DNA from: Pseudomonadota bacterium
GTDB taxonomy: Bacteria; Bdellovibrionota_C; UBA2361; OMII01
DNA length: 10,050 nucleotides
Direction: 5' to 3'
Assembly: GCA_038134595.1 (NCBI GenBank)
Contig: JAYPVM010000023.1
Span: 1 to 10,050, forward strand
Shown here in pieces: positions 8,020 through 10,050 of this stretch. Positions within the stretch are counted from its first letter, which is position 1. Each line of letters opens with the position of its first letter. The notes beneath the pieces are model-generated. The model saw only the letters and a list, made by a program, of their open reading frames with translations, ran no database searches and was not told where the DNA came from. The translations under genes and the position numbers were made by a program.

Positions 8020-8066
8020 GGCCTTTTGCACTCAGATTCGAGTAGCCACGCTACAAGAGAAAGATT

Positions 8067-9356
8067 ATGGAAACAGGAACTAACATCACTTTTATCGATG
8101 CAATCCGGGCAAAACAAAATCGCCCCCTCATATTTGCGGCTGACGTCTTGTCGCAACCACATCGAGAGCTCTATTTAAAAGCAGACCCTTACGCTCATAC
8201 CAAATGTAATCGAGCACTGGGCATGGCCGAAGAAATTGACGCGGTACTCCTCGTTGCCCCTGTAAACGAAGACTATGTACGGTGGCTCCGTGCTAACAAT
8301 CTCGCCCCCAAAGTAATCTTCTCATTTAATCTTGAGAAGACGACGAAATCACTTGCAGAACTTATTCTCGAGAATCCGACTCCGGTAAGAGAGGCCCTCG
8401 GAGATATTTTAAACCAAAATCCAATCTACGTACCTCATTATACCAGTGATACAGACATGGCGGTAGCAGAGCTATTAGGAGCAGAGCTCTTCGGTTCCGA
8501 CGAGACCGTCGCGATGAAATACTTCGACAAAAAGAGCTTCAAAGACGAATTGCAGTCTCTAAACATTACCACTGTGGGTGGCGTGACGCACGGGCAGCAG
8601 GGATCCATGCCACATCCAGGTGAATTAGCAGAGCTCATGAAAGAGCTGCTTCACTCGTATCCGACCCTCATGGTTAGGGGGGCCCGGGGCTCTGCGGGAT
8701 CGTCTGCATATCAAGTAGATAAAGACAAAGTTCATGAAGTCATAGAAACACTACAAGCCAATCGAGACGAAGAGATTCTGATTGAGCCGTTCTTAAGTGT
8801 TATCGCCTCGCCAAATGACCAATGGATTATCGGTCTATCAGGAGATATCCATCACGTTGGACTATCAGCACAACTTTTTGAAGAATTAAAGCACGTCGGC
8901 AACATTCAAGGACAGCTATTCTCAAAACGGGTAGCTGATGAAATAGCTGACACATCGAAAAAAATCGTTCAGCGGATGAAGGAGCAAGGATATCAAGGCC
9001 TGCTAGGAATAGACTACATTGTCACTGACCAGGGAATATTCGCTATCGAAAATAACGCGCGGATGAATGGTTCATCATACGCTTTTGGTGTCGTCGATAG
9101 ACTCGCAACTAAATTTAATACAGAACTCTGTTGGAAATTTTTCAAGGCTAAATCTCCCGTAAAGTCCTTTCACGAGATCACTTCTCTTCTCAAACCCATA
9201 CTGTATAACGGTGAGAATATTAACTGTGTATTTCCATTTGATTGCGACAAGCTCACCTCATCAGGGATTTTCGCTCCGATATTGGTAGCAGAAGATACCT
9301 ATCACCTACACTATCTAGAGCAGACTCTTGAAGCACTCGGCGTAGAAAAGGTTTAA
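8067..9356 (+). CDS. ATP-grasp domain protein with N-terminal pre-ATP-grasp domain (peptide/amide ligase, substrate unknown)
   Basis: ATP-grasp motifs appear in order: FDKKSFK, LMVRGARGSAGSSAY, ILIEPFL, GYQGLLGIDYIV and IENNARMNGS (ExNxR). The N-terminal RALGMAEEIDAVLL...DYVRWLR resembles pre-ATP-grasp domains of PGM1-like ligases (recognised from memory, not searched). Confidence 0.85.
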   Translation: METGTNITFIDAIRAKQNRPLIFAADVLSQPHRELYLKADPYAHTKCNRALGMAEEIDAVLLVAPVNEDYVRWLRANNLAPKVIFSFNLEKTTKSLAELILENPTPVREALGDILNQNPIYVPHYTSDTDMAVAELLGAELFGSDETVAMKYFDKKSFKDELQSLNITTVGGVTHGQQGSMPHPGELAELMKELLHSYPTLMVRGARGSAGSSAYQVDKDKVHEVIETLQANRDEEILIEPFLSVIASPNDQWIIGLSGDIHHVGLSAQLFEELKHVGNIQGQLFSKRVADEIADTSKKIVQRMKEQGYQGLLGIDYIVTDQGIFAIENNARMNGSSYAFGVVDRLATKFNTELCWKFFKAKSPVKSFHEITSLLKPILYNGENINCVFPFDCDKLTSSGIFAPILVAEDTYHLHYLEQTLEALGVEKV

Positions 9357-9361
9357 AACGC

Positions 9362-10050
9362 ATGCGAAAGCTTTTATGTATCACTGACCTCGGTACTCAC
9401 CCTGCGTTTGATACTACTGTTGCTCTTTATCACTCTTGGGCAACGCATGGCGACATCAAGCTCTATCATGCAAATGCATCCGAGATTGCCAGCACTGAAA
9501 CTGTGACGGCCTACCTCGTTAAAGGAGCGTTGTCATACGAAGATTTCAAAGCACTTGAGACTACGGAGTCAATTGAAATGCCCATCGAAAGCTTTGATCT
9601 GGTTTTTCTGCGAACCGACAAGCCCTACCCCGGACAACTTCTTGAAGTTTGCTCTCAGTGGGAGGGAAAAGTTGCTTTTGTAAACTTAGCTTCAGCAACT
9701 CTTGCTATCGAGACCCGAGTATTTCTGCATACTATCGCCAAGAAGTTTCTAGCACCGTCAATTCTTGCCAACACGGTAGAGGAAGCACTTGCTTTTAGCA
9801 TAAAGCGGTCGAAATTCATCGTCAAAATGAATCGAAGTTACGGCGGAAAAGGCGTCTACCTCATCGAATCACAATCAAACTCGGCCATAGTCAAAAATGT
9901 CATGTCCGATGACATTTCATTCTCAGATAATCGCTCTGCACTCGAGTATATTTGGCAGCAAAGCAATGGTCCCTTTGAAGTCTGCGCGTATCTCGAAAGA
10001 GCCTCCGAGGGCGATAAGCGCATAATCGTCGTTGAAGACCAAATTTACGG
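9362..10050 (+). CDS. Glutathione-synthetase (GshB)-like ATP-grasp ligase, truncated by the window end
   Basis: Manual translation from ATG 9362 is open to the window edge: MRKLLCITDLGTHPAFDTTVALY...FDLVFLRTDKPYP...FVNLASATLAIETRVFL...FIVKMNRSYGGKGVYLI...VCAYLERASEGDKRIIVVEDQIY. These segments match GshB motifs DVxxMRxDPP, KPLxGxGGxG and YLxxxxxGDKRI. It starts 5 nt after the previous stop and is not in the supplied ORF track because no stop falls in the window. Confidence 0.85.
   Translation, partial: MRKLLCITDLGTHPAFDTTVALYHSWATHGDIKLYHANASEIASTETVTAYLVKGALSYEDFKALETTESIEMPIESFDLVFLRTDKPYPGQLLEVCSQWEGKVAFVNLASATLAIETRVFLHTIAKKFLAPSILANTVEEALAFSIKRSKFIVKMNRSYGGKGVYLIESQSNSAIVKNVMSDDISFSDNRSALEYIWQQSNGPFEVCAYLERASEGDKRIIVVEDQIY

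Noticed and set aside
380..8638. Short alternative-frame and antisense ORFs in the track (e.g. 622-969, 3671-3949, 5273-5656, 5750-6079, 6251-6529, 8438-8638)
   Set aside because: All lie wholly or almost wholly within well-supported genes and show no recognisable motifs, as expected for shadow ORFs.
7947..9356. Amber (pyrrolysine or readthrough) fusion of the 32-codon ORF to the ATP-grasp protein
   Set aside because: An in-frame arrangement arises by chance one time in three. All other genes fit the standard code, with TAG used as a stop for pdxT and the TPR gene, and a membrane anchor on this ligase is not needed to explain anything.
9362..10050. Assigning the symbol gshB
   Set aside because: The family resemblance is clear, but key motifs diverge, the gene is truncated and no gshA is visible, so orthology is not established.

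Overview
This is a bacterial chromosomal window from a diderm organism, judged from two predicted lipoproteins. The gene content suggests a deltaproteobacteria/Bdellovibrionota-like host, which is an inference only. In order, it holds: a Kup/HAK/KT potassium transporter (+, start codon probably clipped by 1 nt at the left edge); a convergent two-gene operon on the - strand encoding a TPR lipoprotein and a LolB/DUF4292-like lipoprotein; a divergent tRNA pair, Gln(CTG) on - and Glu(CTC) on +, each with a clear sigma70-type promoter; pdxS-pdxT for DXP-independent PLP synthesis; an isoaspartyl peptidase/L-asparaginase (IaaA family); and two tightly coupled but different ATP-grasp ligases. The second ligase is GshB-like, starts at 9362, runs off the right edge and is missing from the supplied ORF track. 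The best candidate for an undescribed system is this tandem ATP-grasp pair, possibly with a 32-codon ORF just upstream and the adjacent isoaspartyl peptidase. Together they suggest an uncharacterised peptide or isopeptide ligation pathway. No mobile element, CRISPR array or rRNA was seen.
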